Below are positions 63,022 through 64,000 of a stretch of 64,000 nucleotides of DNA, one piece after another. Under the pieces are notes generated by a model. The model did no database searches, was not told the DNA's origin, and saw nothing but the letters and a program-made list of their open reading frames with translations. Location of the stretch: the NCBI GenBank assembly GCA_963782115.1, contig CAWAIK010000003.1, positions 352,001 through 416,000 on the forward strand, written 5' to 3'. Position 1 is the first letter of the stretch, and every line of letters begins with the position of its first letter. The translations under genes and the position numbers were made by a program. Source of the stretch: an uncultured Verrucomicrobiae bacterium (lineage in GTDB: Bacteria > Verrucomicrobiota > Verrucomicrobiia > Chthoniobacterales > JAFAMB01).

Positions 63022-63243
63022 ATGAAGACGGTGATCTCGACAACTGAAGCTCCCACCGCCGTCGGCCCGTACTCACAGGCCATCGCAGCCGGGCCGTTCG
63101 TGTTTTGTTCTGGACAGATTCCGCTGGAACCCGAAACGGGAAAACACCCGAACGATCCCCCGGCCCTCTCAACAATCCAGGTCGCGGCTCTGCCGAAGGG
63201 TGCTAACGTAGAAATCGAGGCAATTGCCTTAAAACCCTCTTAG
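63022..63243 (+). pseudogene. ridA: RidA/YjgF family protein with in-frame internal deletion
   Basis: [11 protein letters not shown]...SGQIPL joined to [24 protein letters not shown]; 73 aa against roughly 125 typical. Confidence 0.85.
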
Positions 63244-63249
63244 ACAGAC

Positions 63250-63513
63250 GTGGCTCAAACGATTTTAGAAGCTTTCGAGAAAACCGGCGCATTGTTACAC
63301 GGTCATTTCATTCTCAGTTCCGGCCTGCACGGCCGGCAGTATTTTCAATGCGCTCTGGTCCTGGAGTACACCGAACTCGCTAACCAAATCTGCGCGGACC
63401 TGGCCGCAAAACTCGCTGAGGTAGCGTGCGATGCCATTGTTTCACCAGCCATGGGCGGCATTATCGTCGGACAAGAAGTTGGTCGAAATCTCGGAAGGAT
63501 TTTATATGGTTAG
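63250..63513 (+). pseudogene. pyrE: Orotate phosphoribosyltransferase, C-terminal half deleted
   Basis: GALLHGHFILSSGLH..YFQCA, SPAMGGI; PRPP-binding VEDV motif absent. Confidence 0.85.
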
Positions 63514-64000
63514 TTGGATTTTACGGAAGGTTCTGGGTTCAAAGAACCAGCGGGAGATCAAACGAATTCGCCCGCTCGTCGAAAAGATCAACCAGTTAGA
63601 ACAGCAGTTTCAAGCCCTCACGGAAGATCAAATCCGCGACAAGACGGCTCAGTGGAAAAAAGATCTTGCGAATATTGACGATCCCGACGAACTCGCACGC
63701 CGTCTGCACTCGATACTGCCCGAGGCATTCGCGCTCGTAAAGAATGCGGCCCGGCGGCTCTTTGGCAAAACGATTCTTGTCTGTGACCAGCAAACCGTCT
63801 GGAACATGATCCATTTCGATGTACAGCTCATCGGTGGAATCATCCTGCACGAAGGCAAGATTGCTGAAATGGCAACCGGTGAGGGTAAAACTCTCGTCGC
63901 GACCTGTCCGATATACCTGAATGCTCTGACCGGACGCGGCGTTCACCTCGTGACCGTGAACGATTACCTCGCTCGCCGCGATGCGGAGTGGATGGGCGAA
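63506..64000 (+). CDS. secA: Preprotein translocase subunit SecA (partial, runs off window)
   Basis: [40 protein letters not shown]. Confidence 0.98.
   Translation, partial: MVSWILRKVLGSKNQREIKRIRPLVEKINQLEQQFQALTEDQIRDKTAQWKKDLANIDDPDELARRLHSILPEAFALVKNAARRLFGKTILVCDQQTVWNMIHFDVQLIGGIILHEGKIAEMATGEGKTLVATCPIYLNALTGRGVHLVTVNDYLARRDAEWMGE

Overview
Bacterial chromosomal window; the housekeeping gene style suggests a soil Verrucomicrobiota (Chthoniobacterales/Spartobacteria-like) genome, which is an inference. Four zones are visible. (1) 1-4.8 kb: a decaying redox/detox cluster (SDR, tautomerase, cupin, aldo-keto reductase, AraC remnant) next to the 3' end of tRNA-Pro(GGG). (2) 6.9-21.1 kb: a ~14 kb island bounded by a 43-bp direct repeat of the tRNA-Pro(TGG) 3' end. 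It holds two IS elements with intact ends and target duplications, a PaoABC-like molybdoenzyme operon, a DUF1326/DUF2182 pair, a methyltransferase and many pseudogenes. A repeat-rich decayed stretch follows to ~24.7 kb. (3) 24.7-43.8 kb: the most interesting locus. A divergent, nearly complete type IV filament (T4P/T2SS-like) machine is interleaved with VirB10-like and VirB9/TraK-like T4SS outer-core proteins, a Rep_3-type plasmid initiator, a PATAN(DUF4388)-FGE membrane protein and a PilT-like ATPase. No VirB4, coupling protein, relaxase or integrase is seen, which suggests a domesticated conjugative element. (4) 44-64 kb: mostly core genes (trmD, PBP1A, speA, clpS, sixA, holB, tmk, lpxD, secA), a candidate structured ncRNA, and deletion-damaged ridA and pyrE. 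All family calls come from motif recognition by eye; no database searches were run.
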